Made by a program: the position numbers and the translations under genes. 64,000 nt of DNA. It comes from Candidatus Poribacteria bacterium. Its GTDB lineage: Bacteria > Poribacteria > WGA-4E > JAJDTR01. Where the stretch lies: contig CBDCTK010000002.1 in the NCBI GenBank assembly GCA_965222225.1, forward strand, positions 1,984,001 through 2,048,000, in the 5' to 3' direction. The notes under the pieces are model-generated. The model made no database searches. It saw only the letters and a list, made by a program, of their open reading frames with translations, and was not told the DNA's origin. Below, piece by piece: positions 62,872 through 64,000 of this stretch (within the stretch, counting starts at the first letter, position 1; every line of letters starts with the position of its first letter).

Positions 62872-63045
62872 GGGGAGTTGTATCAGGAACTCCTATCGCA
62901 GTCAATGTGGGATCTCTATCAGAATCTTCTATCGCGCGGGATTTACTATCGCACGCACTATGGGATTTGCTATCGCCTTGGGATCTCTATCGCGGTCGTT
63001 ATTCACTGCCTTGATCTATCCGCTCAGTTGATTGGTCGGTTGATC
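62872..63045 (+). repeat. Longest concatemer of tails plus core plus truncated hairpin ends
   Basis: About 7 RRRRYYYN-CTATC(GC) subunits, core at 62987, two truncated TTGAT ends. Confidence 0.85.
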
Positions 63046-63201
63046 CTACGGAGTGGCGAGTAAAACTCGCTCCTACAGAAGACACGCAATAAATGAAGAT
63101 CCCATCTTCGATTTGACGATCAAAGAGCGCTACTGCAAACCGAACTGCGTAAATCCTATGTGTTTAATTCTTAGTTGCACTGACTATAGTAGTGACTTGG
63201 G

Positions 63202-64000
63202 TTAGTACGCCACTGAAGTCAAGATCTCGTGTACAATGATTGGGTTGTCTGTCTTATCTAGCTCGGAATTGCACCAGACAGTTAGGTCGTTGCGTCCCAC
63301 GTTCATGATGCCGGAGGGTACTTCTGCCGAATAACAGCCGTTCCGGGGCTGCAGGTCTAGCAGCGTATGGTTGAGGCGCATCCAGACCTTTGCGTCAGTG
63401 CCTCCGCCGGTGGTCAGTGCATGAATCCGGAAGTGCGCGTCGGGATTATTCGCGTCGGGTCCCATCTTCAGAGGTAATCTGCGTTCATGGATGTCCAACG
63501 GAATGGGAAGCGGAGCGATCTCGGAAGCCTGACTGAACATTCCTGCAACTGCGAGCGGTTCGATGCCGTAGAGCTTGTCGTTGCCGACAAGCTCGGCAGG
63601 ATCGCCAATTTCCTTCAGTGGCGCATATACGCGCTTGTTATCCAATCCCCGCACATCTACGTGGGTGAAGAAGTTAAAAAGATAAATACCATCGACTCCT
63701 TCGTGCCACCACCAGGCGGCGGCTCCACGGATGTATTCCTGCCATGCGTAAGGCTGCGCCGCTATCTCGGGGCACCACCGGAGAGGAGGTCTGGCACAGA
63801 ACGAAGGATAGACGGACACCCCGTAACGCTCGCCCACGGCTTTCCAGCCCTCTAGATTGAATGTGAACGGCATTAACCCCATGCCGGCAACCAAGACATC
63901 CACCAGCCCCTGCGACAGCCAGGTTTCGATGTCCTGTCCAAGGAGAAGGGAGCTCTCAATGGAATCCATCACACGCACCACCAATGTGTATGGACGATTA
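63202..64000 (-). CDS. Hypothetical glycoside hydrolase-like (GHL10-type TIM barrel) protein, 3' part only
   Basis: GQDIETWLSQGLVD, GVDGIYLFN; open to window edge. Confidence 0.6.
   Translation of the reverse strand, partial: NRPYTLVVRVMDSIESSLLLGQDIETWLSQGLVDVLVAGMGLMPFTFNLEGWKAVGERYGVSVYPSFCARPPLRWCPEIAAQPYAWQEYIRGAAAWWWHEGVDGIYLFNFFTHVDVRGLDNKRVYAPLKEIGDPAELVGNDKLYGIEPLAVAGMFSQASEIAPLPIPLDIHERRLPLKMGPDANNPDAHFRIHALTTGGGTDAKVWMRLNHTLLDLQPRNGCYSAEVPSGIMNVGRNDLTVWCNSELDKTDNPIIVHEILTSVAY

Noticed and set aside
1-64000. tRNA, rRNA, transposase, reverse transcriptase or integrase genes
   Set aside because: None recognised. The enzyme responsible for the repeats is not visible in this window.

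Overview
This is a bacterial chromosomal window, most likely Candidatus Poribacteria. That is an inference from five PhyH dioxygenases, WD40/TolB/LamG exported proteins ending in a KLxxTWGxxK-type motif, and an ALLPNYPNPFNPETW FlgD-like tail. Gene content includes carbohydrate and phosphonate catabolism, ABC transporters, cysM-like, prpB-prpC and rpsT. A defence-like island at about 11.7-17.4 kb carries an ApeA-like HEPN gene, a PARIS-like AAA+DUF4435 pair and an XRE-IrrE+PIN pair. The most striking signal is non-coding. About 40 near-full and many partial copies of a 30-nt element, CTATCGC-NN-TC-NN-TA-NN-C-NN-TC-NN-TTGATC, fill the intergenic regions. Its variable dinucleotides differ from copy to copy but co-vary as base pairs, which implies a strand-specific hairpin with tandem G.A pairs. 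The element is repeatedly inserted into the stems of several unrelated GTAG-type REP families without target duplication. It also forms concatemers and supplies the stop codon (DQxxG*) of four genes. No mobilising enzyme is encoded in the window. Other oddities are a circularly permuted sugar-binding protein and an ART-like/DUF6575 gene pair. Several single-base frameshifts suggest an indel-prone assembly. All family calls come from motif recognition by eye, not database searches.
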